Made by a program: the position numbers and the translations under genes | NCBI GenBank assembly: GCA_050951095.1 | Contig: JBMNIQ010000002.1 | Location: 239,099 to 303,098, forward strand | Reading direction: 5' to 3' | DNA length: 64,000 nt | Origin: Eggerthellaceae bacterium | GTDB lineage: Bacteria; Actinomycetota; Coriobacteriia; Coriobacteriales; Eggerthellaceae | The notes under the pieces: model-generated | Database searches by the model: none | What the model was told of the DNA's origin: nothing | Seen by the model: only the letters and a program-made list of their open reading frames with translations | Shown here: positions 36,918 to 48,085 of the stretch, piece after piece | How the letters are laid out: each line of letters opens with the position of its first letter | Position numbering within the stretch: the first letter of the stretch is position 1

Positions 36918-38582
36918 CTACTGCTCCAGGGCGAACAGCGCCGCTCCCAGTGCGCCGCACAGCTGCGCCATATCGGAGATGTACAGCGGGGCACCCACCT
37001 TCTCCTCGATGGCGTGCACCACGCCCGCGTTCTGCGCCACGCCGCCCGTCATCATGAACTCCTCTTCGGCGCCTACGCGCTTGACCAGTGTGTTTATCTT
37101 TGCGGCAACGGAATTGTCAAGGCCGTGGACAATGTCCGGCACTGCCTTGTTCTGCGCCACCAGGCTGACCACCTCCGACTCCGCGAACACGGAGCACATG
37201 CTGGAGATGGTGATGTCCTCGTCCCATTTCAGGCCCATGCGGCTCATGTCGTCCAGCGAGATCTGCAGCGCGCGGGCCATCATTTCCAGGAAGCGTCCCG
37301 TGCCCGCGGCGCACTTGTCGTTCATGGCGAAATTCTCCACATGTCCTTCGCCGTCGATGCGGATGACCTTGTTGTCCTGGCCGCCGATGTCGATGATCGT
37401 GCGCACGTGCGGATTCAGATAGTGCGCGCCCTTCGCGTGGCACGTGATCTCCGTGATGGAGTTGTCGCCGGCATCGATGTAGGCGCGCCCGTAGCCAGTG
37501 GTTACGATGCTGCGGATCTCGTCCTGCGCGATGCCGGCCTGGCTCAGCGCCTCCTTCAGGCAGGCGTCCGCGCTCTTCTGCGCGCCGCCGCCCGTGGGGA
37601 TGATGGCCGTGGCCCGCACAGTGCCGTCGGGGTTCAGGATGACCACGTCTGTGCTGGTGGAGCCGCTGTCAAGGCCCGCCACGTACGTGCCCGTGCCGGC
37701 AGGGGAGTTCGTTTTCTTGCTCATGTCGGAATCTTTCTTCTTGAATTGCAGCGTCTCCGCGAATGCCTCGACGCGCGTGCGCAGCTGCTCTTTGCTCTGC
37801 AGCGTGAAATCGGATTCTATCTTCAGCACGGGCACGGAGCACTGCTCTTTGATCTGGGCATACTCGGGACCGTAGAAGTCGCAGAACTTCATGGAGTGGT
37901 AGATGATGCCGCGCAGGTTCGGATCCTCGAACAGCTGGCGGCGTCCGCTGGGATCGTTCATGCGCATGCAGGGGATCTGCCCCAGCAGCGCCTGCGCGTA
38001 CGCGTGGAAGAACGCGTCCTCGTCTTCGGTCGCCAGCGCTTCCGCATCCATGTGCAGCGCGCGGTTGCCGGTGCACGTCAGGTTGCGGACGGGCAGGTCG
38101 AACGTGTCTTCGATCATCTGCTCCATCTCGTCGCCCGCGCGCACGCCCAGCACGCCGACGTACGGCTCCGTATACGCTTTCGGCTTCTTGAAGGCGGCTT
38201 GGCAGGCCTTCAGGTTGAATACCGTTCCCGAGCTGCGCTCATACGCGTTCTTCAGGCGCTTCAGCGAGCGCGCAAGCGCGTCGATCTGGCACGGGCCGTC
38301 CGAATGCGGCAGGTCCATGAGGTAGGTGAAGCGTTCGTTGCCCGCGGTGCTGACCACCTCGTATGCGCGGCGCATGACGTCGCAGCAGTTCGCCAGTACC
38401 AGCTGGTCCGCGCCGCCTTCCAGCGCCGTCTGGATGACGGTCTTGCCGAAGCCGCACAGGTTCACGTGCGCCACGCTGTCGGACAGGTCGAAGTTGTCGG
38501 CCATGTGGTCCAGCACCGTGCAGTTCTGCCCGAAACCCGCGAACAGCTCTACGGGCGTGTATTTGCAAACGACGGAGATCAT
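36918..38582 (-). CDS. 2-hydroxyacyl-CoA dehydratase small-subunit-like domain fused to a BcrAD/BadFG (HgdC-type) activase ATPase
   Basis: The N-terminal half is MISVVCKYTPVELFAGFG...NCCDVMRR. The C-terminal half is GLDSGSTSTDVVIL, IIDIGGQDNKVI, NDKCAAGTGRFLE. ATGA overlap with the upstream gene. Confidence 0.8.
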   Translation of the reverse strand: MISVVCKYTPVELFAGFGQNCTVLDHMADNFDLSDSVAHVNLCGFGKTVIQTALEGGADQLVLANCCDVMRRAYEVVSTAGNERFTYLMDLPHSDGPCQIDALARSLKRLKNAYERSSGTVFNLKACQAAFKKPKAYTEPYVGVLGVRAGDEMEQMIEDTFDLPVRNLTCTGNRALHMDAEALATEDEDAFFHAYAQALLGQIPCMRMNDPSGRRQLFEDPNLRGIIYHSMKFCDFYGPEYAQIKEQCSVPVLKIESDFTLQSKEQLRTRVEAFAETLQFKKKDSDMSKKTNSPAGTGTYVAGLDSGSTSTDVVILNPDGTVRATAIIPTGGGAQKSADACLKEALSQAGIAQDEIRSIVTTGYGRAYIDAGDNSITEITCHAKGAHYLNPHVRTIIDIGGQDNKVIRIDGEGHVENFAMNDKCAAGTGRFLEMMARALQISLDDMSRMGLKWDEDITISSMCSVFAESEVVSLVAQNKAVPDIVHGLDNSVAAKINTLVKRVGAEEEFMMTGGVAQNAGVVHAIEEKVGAPLYISDMAQLCGALGAALFALEQ

Positions 38583-39850
38583 GCGCGCCTCTCTTCCAGC
38601 AGCTCCAAGAATGCGTCGAAGCGAGTGGACGTTTGGCCGTCGCTGCGGTTCGCTTCGTCCACGCCGTCGCCGTCCAGCAGCAGGCACGGATAGCCTGCTT
38701 CCTCAACCCGTTGCTTTATCAGGTGCGATGCTCCCAGCGTGGCCTTGCAGCCCCAGTGGTTGAACAGCACCACGCCGTCCGCCTCCGTTTCGCGCGCCAT
38801 GTCCAGGGCCAGCTTGATGCGATTCTCCGTGGGCCCGTCCATGCACGAATACACTAGGCGACGCGCCATGGCCTCGTAGGGCCTGTCGGGGTCGATGTCT
38901 ATCCTGACGGGGTCCACGGCCAGGTCGCAGGCCGTGACGAATGCCTTGTCGTTGAAGTTGATGCGCTCGATGAGCGGAGCCTGCGAGAACGGCATGGTGT
39001 GCAGCCAGACCAGGCGCAGCCCGTTGCTTTCCGGCGCCTGCTCCATCTCGTCCGCCAGCATGTGGCAGTACTTTTCCGTTTCCGGCGAGCCGGAAAGGAC
39101 GTGATTCATCATGAACGCGTACATCTCGTTCGTCATGTCTGCCGGCAGGCGCTTGCCGGGCGACGCCTTCAGGAAGCGCCGATAGTCCAGGGAGCTGCGC
39201 CAGCTGCGCGCCATGGCCTCGCGCAGCGCCTCGTGCGTGATACGCGTGCCCGTGCAGTCCTGGATGAACTCCACCATTTGATGCAGCTGCTGCTCCACGT
39301 CGTGGACGGCGTCTTCGCTTTGCTCGAACGGCACGTCGATGCAGAAGCCCGGGATATCGAAGTGGCGCTGGATGTACGGGAACGTGATCAGGTTGCCATC
39401 GCAGACCAGCGTGGTGTACACGGTGAATTTCGGCTTCGGCATCATGTTGCACGCCGCGGCGCCCAGGAAGATGCGGTGGTACGAGCACATGGTTTCCGAG
39501 AATCCCGCGTTGCCGGCAAGTTCCAGGAACTTGCGTTCCGCATGCGAGCCGCCGATGAACGACGACATCTGCTCCACGGAGAACGGGAGGATGCCTGCGG
39601 CCTGCAGCGGTTCGTACGGCGTGAACAGGCTGATGGCAGCAGCTTTTTCGGGATGCTTCATAGCCTGCGTGATCTTTTCCATGCAGACCCGCGCGGCGTA
39701 CTGTCGTGCGGGCGGCAGGCGCTTGTCTGCGTTTACGGTGAGATTCAGCAGCTGCGCGCGCCATCCGGCGTAGAGGATTTTCTCCGCTCGTTCCGGGTGC
39801 TCCTCGGCTTGGCTGCTGACAATGTTTCCAAATGTCTGGACGATGTCCAC
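38579..39850 (-). CDS. 2-hydroxyacyl-CoA dehydratase / benzoyl-CoA reductase B/C-family large subunit
   Basis: Family-typical segments are FTPYEPLQAAGILPF, SETMCSYHR, VCDGN and HWGCKA. GTG start behind AGGAGAAAGGG. Confidence 0.8.
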   Translation of the reverse strand: MDIVQTFGNIVSSQAEEHPERAEKILYAGWRAQLLNLTVNADKRLPPARQYAARVCMEKITQAMKHPEKAAAISLFTPYEPLQAAGILPFSVEQMSSFIGGSHAERKFLELAGNAGFSETMCSYHRIFLGAAACNMMPKPKFTVYTTLVCDGNLITFPYIQRHFDIPGFCIDVPFEQSEDAVHDVEQQLHQMVEFIQDCTGTRITHEALREAMARSWRSSLDYRRFLKASPGKRLPADMTNEMYAFMMNHVLSGSPETEKYCHMLADEMEQAPESNGLRLVWLHTMPFSQAPLIERINFNDKAFVTACDLAVDPVRIDIDPDRPYEAMARRLVYSCMDGPTENRIKLALDMARETEADGVVLFNHWGCKATLGASHLIKQRVEEAGYPCLLLDGDGVDEANRSDGQTSTRFDAFLELLEERRA

Positions 39851-40180
39851 TTGCCGTTCGCCCTTTCTCCTGCTTATTGCGCGGATTTGCAGTGTACGCG
39901 CAATTGCCTGCGAGATGCTGCAGAATGTCCGAACGTCAGCGAATAGTCAAATACTTAGACAATCTAAGGATTAATGCACCAGCGGTGATGGCTGGGCGCG
40001 GCTGGTGACAGGTGGCGTGCACGGCAGATGACAGCTGGCGGGCGGCCTGGCTGATGGTGGCGGGCGCGACGCTGGGCGCGGCGAGCCATGGCACGCCGTG
40101 CGGACGAGTGACGCGGCTGCCGACTCGCGCGGACTGCGACGCTGAGCATTGACGGCCGCAGAGGCATTTCAGCTGCCGGC

Positions 40181-40413
40181 CGCCAACAGATTTCAAATAA
40201 TTGGACGACAAGTGAAGTTGGGAATGGTATAGCTGCCCCTAACTTAGGCGACGGCATTATGACGCGGAAGAAACGGTGAATTGCCGCAAAATACTATGCC
40301 TCTGACCTGGTATTATACAAGTACTACCGACACGTAAAATTTGACGACGAGAATTAGCTGCGGTGAAACCATTCCCAAGTTCGATTCACGTCCAAATAAT
40401 CGGAATTTGCTGG
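40181..40413. mobile_element. MITE-like element, copy 1 (~233 bp, AT-rich, ~48-bp imperfect terminal inverted repeats)
   Basis: The left end is CCAACAGATTTCAAATAATTGGACG..GTTGGGAATGGT. The right end is ACCATTCCCAAG..CGTCCAAATAATCGGAATTTGCTGG. Confidence 0.6.
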
Positions 40414-40564
40414 AGGGGACTCCCACGAACCGCTCGCTCCAGCCCTTGCGCGCCGCGGTAGTCGCCTGCGGAGGCGGCCCCGCGGCCCCGCGCGTTGCAC
40501 TCATGCATGGCAGCCTGCGCGGTAGACCTCGCACGCTGCGGTGGGGCGCATCGGCCTCACCGCA

Positions 40565-40882
40565 TTACGCCAGCGCGAATGCATCCTGCATGAAGTTGTC
40601 GAACTCCGGTATCCAGCCGCCCTCGCCGCCGAACCCGTGCGGCCAGTTTTGCAAGATGCGGGCGCGCACGCGGTAGTCAACCACGAAGCAGTGGTGCCCG
40701 CGGGCAGTCAGCGCGCTGGCAGTGGGATAGCAATCGGAGTTGTCGCCGCGAATAGCGAATGCGCCGCCAGCGCACAGCAGCACGCCGCCTTTGACATCCG
40801 TCCTGCTTGCTGCGGAAACGTGGGTGACGGTAGGGCGGAATCCGGACGGGTCGTAACCGCTGGAGGATTTATGCGCCGCCAT
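40565..40882 (-). pseudogene. Truncated alpha/beta-hydrolase (esterase/lipase-type) N-terminal fragment
   Basis: 105 aa containing GGVLLCAGGAFAIRGD, but no nucleophile-elbow region. Confidence 0.4.
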
Positions 40883-40885
40883 GGC

Positions 40886-42128
<1,243 letters not shown>

Positions 42129-42190
42129 TTAGCGATGGGCGAGGACGGTACGAAGCCTCCTGAGATAGCTGCCGCCGCGTTTTGCGATGT

Positions 42191-42428
42191 CGGCCGCCAA
42201 CAGATTTCAAATAATTGGACGTCAATTGAGGTTGGGAATGGTTTTGTATTTCCTAACTTGAACGATTGCGCTGCGAGCCGAAATCGGTTGCAGGACGGGG
42301 CGAAAAACTATGCTGCTGAACAGGCATTATACAAAATTATCAATAAAGTAAAAAAAGTGTACTAGAAGTTAGACATGATGAAACCATTCCCAAGTTCATT
42401 TCACGTCCAAAATATCGGAATTTGTTGG
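42191..42428. mobile_element. MITE-like element, copy 2 (same orientation as copy 1)
   Basis: Same terminal repeats as copy 1. The interior is diverged but alignable (..aactatgc..ctga.c.gg.attatacaa..). Confidence 0.6.
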
Positions 42429-42844
42429 CAGTGAGGTTGCCGAGCGTCGTCCGACGCGCCTAAAAGAGGGGGCGATGTTGGTTGTGGCTCCGCCGCGGCC
42501 CATCGTGGGCGCGCGGTCCACTGCGCGGCTGGTGCGTTATGCAGACGGCATGCGGACAGCGGGTAGCAGGCAACGGCGGCGGCAGGCAGCTGGCGGCACG
42601 CGGGCAGCTGGCGGCATCAGGCAGCGAGCGGCACGCGGGCAGTGGCCGGCCGCAGCCAACCGCAAGCCGCGGCCCGCACGCCGCAGCTACCCGCGGGCGC
42701 GGCGCACCCGCCTGCATCGCGAAATGAAAAGCGGCCGCGCCAAGAGGGCGCAGCCGCATGCGAAAGGAGCGGTTGTTGCAGGCTGTTGCAGGTGCCGCTA
42801 AGGCGGCCAACTTGCAACAGCGTGCGAATTATCAGGCGAAACAA

Positions 42845-43699
42845 TCAGTCGCGCGGCAGCTCGGCAAGCTCGGCCTGCGTGAACACGGGCCCCTCCAGGC
42901 AGATGAAGTGGCCGCCGATGTTGCAGCGTCCGCATTTGCCCACGCCGCATTTCATGCGCATCTCCAACGTGGTGATGATGTCCTCCGGCGCGAAACCCAT
43001 CTTTGCCAGGCTCTCGCTGCAGGTACGGTACAGGCTGGGGCCGCCGCACAGGCAGACCGCCGTGTTGTCGGGCTTGAAATCCAGGCTCTCCAGGAACGGG
43101 GCCGTGTACGCCACCGTGCCGTCCCAGTCGTCGTTGCCGTGGTACACGCTCACATGTACGTGCACGTCGGGCTCATCGGGCCACTTGTCGAACAGGTCGC
43201 GCTGGAACACCAGATCGCCGGGCGTGCTGGCGGAATACACCACGTCGATGCGTCCGTAATCCTCGCGATGCGCCAGACAGTACTTGATGAACGCGCGGAC
43301 GGGCGCGAAGCCGATGCCGCCGCTGATGAACAGCATGTTCTTGCCCTTCGTGGTCTCGTACGGGAACCAGTTGCCGTACGGCCCGCGCACGCCCACCTCG
43401 TCGCCCACATGCAGGTCATGCAGCTGCTCGGTGACCATGCCCACGCGCTTCACGGTGAACTGGATGGTGTCCTCCGTCTGCGCGGACACGCAGAACATGC
43501 ACTCGCCGGATGGGATGACGGACAGCATGCCCAGCTGTCCCGGCTCCGCCTCGAAGGGCTTTTTGCCGTCCAACGTCTGGACCGCGAACGTCTTAACGTC
43601 GTGCGTCTCGGGGATGATATCCACCACCTTGCACACGGTGGGGATGAACGGTTCGCCCATGTCACGGGCACATCCGTGTTGGATGACGATGTCCGACAT
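42845..43699 (-). CDS. FAD/NAD(P)-binding [2Fe-2S] oxidoreductase (FlxA / HydG / AsrB-like)
   Basis: Start at MSDIVIQ (ATG 43699). NAD-binding MLFISGGIGFAP and a C-terminal CGVGKCGRC cluster motif. Confidence 0.8.
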   Translation of the reverse strand: MSDIVIQHGCARDMGEPFIPTVCKVVDIIPETHDVKTFAVQTLDGKKPFEAEPGQLGMLSVIPSGECMFCVSAQTEDTIQFTVKRVGMVTEQLHDLHVGDEVGVRGPYGNWFPYETTKGKNMLFISGGIGFAPVRAFIKYCLAHREDYGRIDVVYSASTPGDLVFQRDLFDKWPDEPDVHVHVSVYHGNDDWDGTVAYTAPFLESLDFKPDNTAVCLCGGPSLYRTCSESLAKMGFAPEDIITTLEMRMKCGVGKCGRCNIGGHFICLEGPVFTQAELAELPRD

Positions 43700-43700
43700 G

Positions 43701-44780
43701 CTAGGCCTCCTTCTTCGTGCGCGGATCCGTGGCGCCGGGTCCGGTGGGCGCCGGCATGGGCACGCCCTCGGGCGCTCCCGCATCTTCGAAATCCGGCGTG
43801 GAGGCAATGCGATCGATGAGCACCGTGATATCCAGCGCCACCGGGCACTTCTGCACGCAGCGTCCGCAGCCCACGCAGAGCTCCTTGCCGTAGCGGTCCT
43901 CGAAGTAGTTCAGCTTGTGCATGAAGCGGTTGCGCACGCGCTCCTTCTTCGTGGGACGCGGGTTGTGGCCGCCGGCCATCTCCGTGTATTCCGAGAACAT
44001 GCAGCTGTCCCAGCAGCGGAAGCGCACGCCCTCCTTCATCTTGTTCTCCTGGCAGATGTCGAAGCAGTAGCAAGTGGGGCACACGAACGTGCAGGTGCCG
44101 CAGTTCAGGCACTTCCGCGACACGTCGTCCCACAGCGGGTCGTCGAACATGTGGTCCAGCTTCTGCTTCACCCCGTCCATATGCACCTTGAGCGTGCACT
44201 CCACGGGGTCAACGTCCACGTCGCCGTCCTCCAGGAACGGCGCCCACTTCTCAAGCGCGGCCTTGCCCTTGTCGGTCTGCGCCTCCACGCGGTAGGCCTG
44301 CCCGCCGTCGTGCAGCATCACGTCCGCTGCCGGCGCCTGGTTCGGGTCCGCCTGCATGGAATCGCAGAAGCAGGTTTCGCCCACCTCCGTGCAGGCAATG
44401 CACACGGTGGTGATCTTGTCGCGCAGGCCCTGGTAGAACTCGTCCACGTATCCCTTGGTCAGGAACACGTCGTCCAGGCATTCGATGCTGCGCATGTCGC
44501 ACGGCCGGATGCCGAACACGGTCTGGGGCGCGGATTCGTCGGTGGGCTGGATGTACATGTCGCCCGCATCGTTCACGCCGTAGCGGTACATCTTCTGCGT
44601 CTGCGGGAACAGCAGGTCCTTCGGCGGCAGAGCGGTGTTGATCAGGTCGAATCGGGCCGGGCCCTCGGAAATGTACGGCGCGAACTTCGCCACGTCGTCG
44701 ACGATCTTCGGAACGTAGACCACTTCATCTTGCGAAAGCTGTTCGAGCAAATCGTTCAGCCGGTTTTTCTGTAGCAGCAT
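43701..44780 (-). CDS. Fe-S subunit (FlxB / HydB / AsrA-like)
   Basis: CLNCGTCTFVCPTCYC and CVGCGRCVQKCP motifs. AGGAGG RBS. Confidence 0.8.
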   Translation of the reverse strand: MLLQKNRLNDLLEQLSQDEVVYVPKIVDDVAKFAPYISEGPARFDLINTALPPKDLLFPQTQKMYRYGVNDAGDMYIQPTDESAPQTVFGIRPCDMRSIECLDDVFLTKGYVDEFYQGLRDKITTVCIACTEVGETCFCDSMQADPNQAPAADVMLHDGGQAYRVEAQTDKGKAALEKWAPFLEDGDVDVDPVECTLKVHMDGVKQKLDHMFDDPLWDDVSRKCLNCGTCTFVCPTCYCFDICQENKMKEGVRFRCWDSCMFSEYTEMAGGHNPRPTKKERVRNRFMHKLNYFEDRYGKELCVGCGRCVQKCPVALDITVLIDRIASTPDFEDAGAPEGVPMPAPTGPGATDPRTKKEA

Positions 44781-44793
44781 AGCGGCCTCCTTC

Positions 44794-45651
44794 CTACATG
44801 AATTCCTCGACGTCGTCCAGCTTGTAGTTGCGCAGGACGTCGGCGTTGTTCGTATCCATACCGCTTTCGAACTCCCCGAACAGCTCGTTCATGTCCTTGA
44901 TCAGCTTGCGGTTGATCAGCATCAGGGGAAGGTTCATGGGGCACACGCGCTCGCATTCGCCGCATTCGATGCAGCGGTCGCCAATGTGGAAGGCGCGCGT
45001 CAGGCCGTAGAAGCGGTTCTCGTTCAGGTTGTTCTGCTTGCCCTGCCAACCGGCGCGGCGCTGGTCCACGAAGCAGATGCGGCAGGTGCAGCACGGGCAC
45101 ACATCGCGGCAGGCATAGCAGCGGATGCACTTGCTGAAGATATCCTCGAACTCCTTCTCGCGGGTGTCGCGCGACATGTTCTCCAGGCGCTCCACCATGC
45201 CGAAGCGGTCCTCCGGCGTGCGGTCCGGGCCGGCTTCGGCCAGCATCTCGTCGAATACCACGGGCCCCTGATGGCGGCACTCCGCGCATTTCTTCAGCAT
45301 CTGGTCCTCGTCGTGGCGATACACCATGCCTTCGCAGGGGAGGCCCAGCAGGTACACGTCTTCGCGCTTCAGCTGGTTGTCCTCGATCATGCGGTTGATG
45401 GCGCGCGATTCGCAACCGCGCGTGCACAGCGCCACCTTGCCTTTGTTGCGGTAGTCCAGCACGTACTTGCCCAGCGCGTTCACGCAATGGCGGTTGTACA
45501 CCAGGCGGCCCACGTCTTCGGGATCGCTGACGAAGCACGGCGTGGTCTGGTTCTCGAAGCGGCCGCTCTCCCAGCCGATGACGCAGACCACCTCGCCGGA
45601 TTGCAGCAGCTCGGCGGCGCGCTGGCGGAGCTTGTCCTCAAGGGCGCTCAT
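44794..45651 (-). CDS. 2x[4Fe-4S] protein (FlxC-like)
   Basis: Start at MSALEDK (ATG 45651, ATGA overlap with the upstream gene). CIRCYACRDVCPCCTC and CIECGECERVCP motifs. Confidence 0.75.
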   Translation of the reverse strand: MSALEDKLRQRAAELLQSGEVVCVIGWESGRFENQTTPCFVSDPEDVGRLVYNRHCVNALGKYVLDYRNKGKVALCTRGCESRAINRMIEDNQLKREDVYLLGLPCEGMVYRHDEDQMLKKCAECRHQGPVVFDEMLAEAGPDRTPEDRFGMVERLENMSRDTREKEFEDIFSKCIRCYACRDVCPCCTCRICFVDQRRAGWQGKQNNLNENRFYGLTRAFHIGDRCIECGECERVCPMNLPLMLINRKLIKDMNELFGEFESGMDTNNADVLRNYKLDDVEEFM

Positions 45652-46115
45652 AGCTCGGCCTCCTTCTGGTTCGTATGCAGCGGCCCCAGCTGGCGAATCT
45701 CCTCGCACACCTGGGTCACGGTGTCGCGGAACTTGCCGGCCTCGGCGCCGGAGATCCAGCGCACCTGGAAGCGCTCGGGCTCCAGGCCGGCGAACTCCAG
45801 CAGGCGCTTGTACACCAGCATGCGCCGGCGGGTGAAGTAGTTGCCGCTGGTGTAGTGGCAGTCGCCGGGATGGCAGCCGCACACCAGCACGGCGTCGCAG
45901 CCGCGTTGCAGTGCCTCCAGCACGTATTGCGGATTCACGCGGCCGGAGCACGGCACGCGCAGCAGGCGAATGTCGGCAGGATATTTCATGCGGTTCAGTC
46001 CGGCCAGGTCGGCGCCGGCGTAGGTGCACCAGTTGCAGCAGAATGCCAAGATCTTCGGGCGGAATTCGCCGTCTGCCTGCGCGGTCTCCGCGGCAGCGTT
46101 CTCTACCATTGGCAT
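45648..46115 (-). CDS. mvhD: MvhD/FlxD-like [2Fe-2S] protein
   Basis: FCCNWCTYAGAD...VPCSGRV...CGCHPGDCHY, the canonical MvhD cysteine pattern. Confidence 0.85.
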   Translation of the reverse strand: MPMVENAAAETAQADGEFRPKILAFCCNWCTYAGADLAGLNRMKYPADIRLLRVPCSGRVNPQYVLEALQRGCDAVLVCGCHPGDCHYTSGNYFTRRRMLVYKRLLEFAGLEPERFQVRWISGAEAGKFRDTVTQVCEEIRQLGPLHTNQKEAEL

Positions 46116-48085
46116 AGCGCGTTCACCTCTTTCATGATCTCTTCGTCCGAGAAGCCCTTCAGGTCAAGGGCGCCGGGACGGCACGCCACGGTGCAGGCGC
46201 CGCAGCCTTGGCACAGCGCCTCGTTTACCACGGCCACCTGGCGTTCCACCTTCACGGAGTTCTCGCGGAACTTCTTGGTCTGCAGGCTGATGGCCTGGTA
46301 GGGGCAGATGTTCACGCACGTGCCGCATCCCGAGCATTTCGCGGTGTCCACGTGGCTGATCATGGGGTTCGACTCGATGGAGTCCTTACTCAGCAGACCG
46401 ATGATCTTCGACGCGGCCGCACCGGCTTGCGCCACGGTGTCCGGAATGTCCTTCGGACCCTGCGCGGTACCGGCCAGGTACACGCCCGCCATCTGCGTTT
46501 CCACCGGGCGCAGCTTCGGGTGCGCCTCGGTGATCCAGTTGTGCTGGTCGCAGGCGGCGCCGAACAATCCGGCCAGCTCGCGCGTTCCCGCACTGGGAAC
46601 CATGGCCGTTTCCAGCACCACCATGTCCGCGTTCACGCGGATGCCTTCGCCGGACAGCGTGTCGGCGCCCAGGCAGACGTAGTGGTCGCCTTCGCGGTAG
46701 ATCTTCGACACGCGGCCGCGGATGTACAGCGCGCCGTCATGCTGTGCGCGCATGTAGAACTCGTCGTAGTTCTTTCCGGGCGTGCGAATGTCCATGTAGA
46801 ACACGTAGCACTTGCCGTCTGGCACCTTTTCCAGGTACTGGTGCGCGTGCTTTGCGCCGTACATGCAGCAGGCGCGGCTGCAGTAGGGAACGCCCTTGGC
46901 GGGGTCGCGGCTGCCCACGCACTTCACGATGACGACGCTCTTGGGCTCCTTCTGGTCGGAGGGGCGCCGCACGTGGCCTTCCGTGGGGCCGGAGGCGTTC
47001 ACCAGGCGCTCGAAGTGCAGGCCGGTGATGACGTCGGGGTACTGGCCGCCGCCGTATTCGGGGTAGATGTCCTCCCACTTGATCAGGTCGTAGCCGGTTG
47101 CCAGCAGCACGGCGCCGTACGTTTCCGTGGTCAGCGTGTCCGTGTCCTTGTAGTTGATGGCGTCGGCCGTGCACACCTTGGCGCACACGCCGCACTTGCC
47201 CTTCGTCAGCATGCGGCAGTGGTCGGGGTCGATGACGGGCTTGCTGGGCACCGCCTGCGGGAACATCTTGTAGATGGCGCGCCGCTCCGACATGCCCTGG
47301 TCGAACTCGTTCGTCACGCGCTGCGGGCATTTCGTCTCGCACATGCCGCAGCCCGTGCACTTGTCGTAGTCGATGTACTTCGCCTTCTCGCGGATGGTCA
47401 CCTCGAAGTTGCCCACGTAGCCGCTGACCTCTTCCACTTCGGCCAGCGTCTTGATGGTGATGTTCGGGTGGCCGCCCACCTCGGCCATCTTCGGCGTGCA
47501 GATGCAGGCCGAGCAGTCAAGCGTGGGGAACGTCTTGTCCAGCATGACCATCTTGCCGCCCAAGCTGGGCTTGCGCTCCACGATGGTCACCTGGTGACCG
47601 GCATCGGCAATGTCAAGCGCTGCCTGCATGCCGGCGATGCCGCCGCCGATGATCAGCGCGCGCTTGTGGATGGGGATCTCGGACGTGTACAGCGGCGCGT
47701 CGCGGTCGACCTTCGCCACGGCCATCTTCACCAGGTCGATGGCCTTGAGCGTTGCCTCTTCCTTGTCCGTGGTGACCCACGAAACCTGCTCGCGGATGTT
47801 CGCCACCTCCAGCATGAAGGGGTTCACGTTCGTGTCCGCCAGCATCTTGCGCCAGGTGGCCTCGTGCATGCGCGGCGAGCAGGCCGTCATGACCACGCGG
47901 TCGATGTCGTACTTCTCAATGGCTTCCTTGACGGTTTCCTGGCCGGGCTGGGAGCAGGTGTACTTGTTTGTCATGGCGAACACGACGTTCGGCATGTTGC
48001 GCGCGGCTTCCGCCACGCGCTCGACGTCCACGACGGAAGCGATGTTCGTTCCGCAGTGGCAGACGAAAACTCCGATGCGGCTCAT
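46103..48085 (-). CDS. hdrA: Heterodisulfide reductase subunit A-like flavoprotein
   Basis: FAD fold IIGGGIAGMQAAL, LDCSACICTP, and several CxxCxxCxxxCP ferredoxin motifs. 660 aa. Confidence 0.88.
   Translation of the reverse strand: MSRIGVFVCHCGTNIASVVDVERVAEAARNMPNVVFAMTNKYTCSQPGQETVKEAIEKYDIDRVVMTACSPRMHEATWRKMLADTNVNPFMLEVANIREQVSWVTTDKEEATLKAIDLVKMAVAKVDRDAPLYTSEIPIHKRALIIGGGIAGMQAALDIADAGHQVTIVERKPSLGGKMVMLDKTFPTLDCSACICTPKMAEVGGHPNITIKTLAEVEEVSGYVGNFEVTIREKAKYIDYDKCTGCGMCETKCPQRVTNEFDQGMSERRAIYKMFPQAVPSKPVIDPDHCRMLTKGKCGVCAKVCTADAINYKDTDTLTTETYGAVLLATGYDLIKWEDIYPEYGGGQYPDVITGLHFERLVNASGPTEGHVRRPSDQKEPKSVVIVKCVGSRDPAKGVPYCSRACCMYGAKHAHQYLEKVPDGKCYVFYMDIRTPGKNYDEFYMRAQHDGALYIRGRVSKIYREGDHYVCLGADTLSGEGIRVNADMVVLETAMVPSAGTRELAGLFGAACDQHNWITEAHPKLRPVETQMAGVYLAGTAQGPKDIPDTVAQAGAAASKIIGLLSKDSIESNPMISHVDTAKCSGCGTCVNICPYQAISLQTKKFRENSVKVERQVAVVNEALCQGCGACTVACRPGALDLKGFSDEEIMKEVNALCQW

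Noticed and set aside
46103-48085. Selenocysteine (in-frame TGA) in HdrA or the Flx proteins.
   Set aside because: All seven ORFs are uninterrupted, and the relevant cysteine motifs are encoded as Cys.
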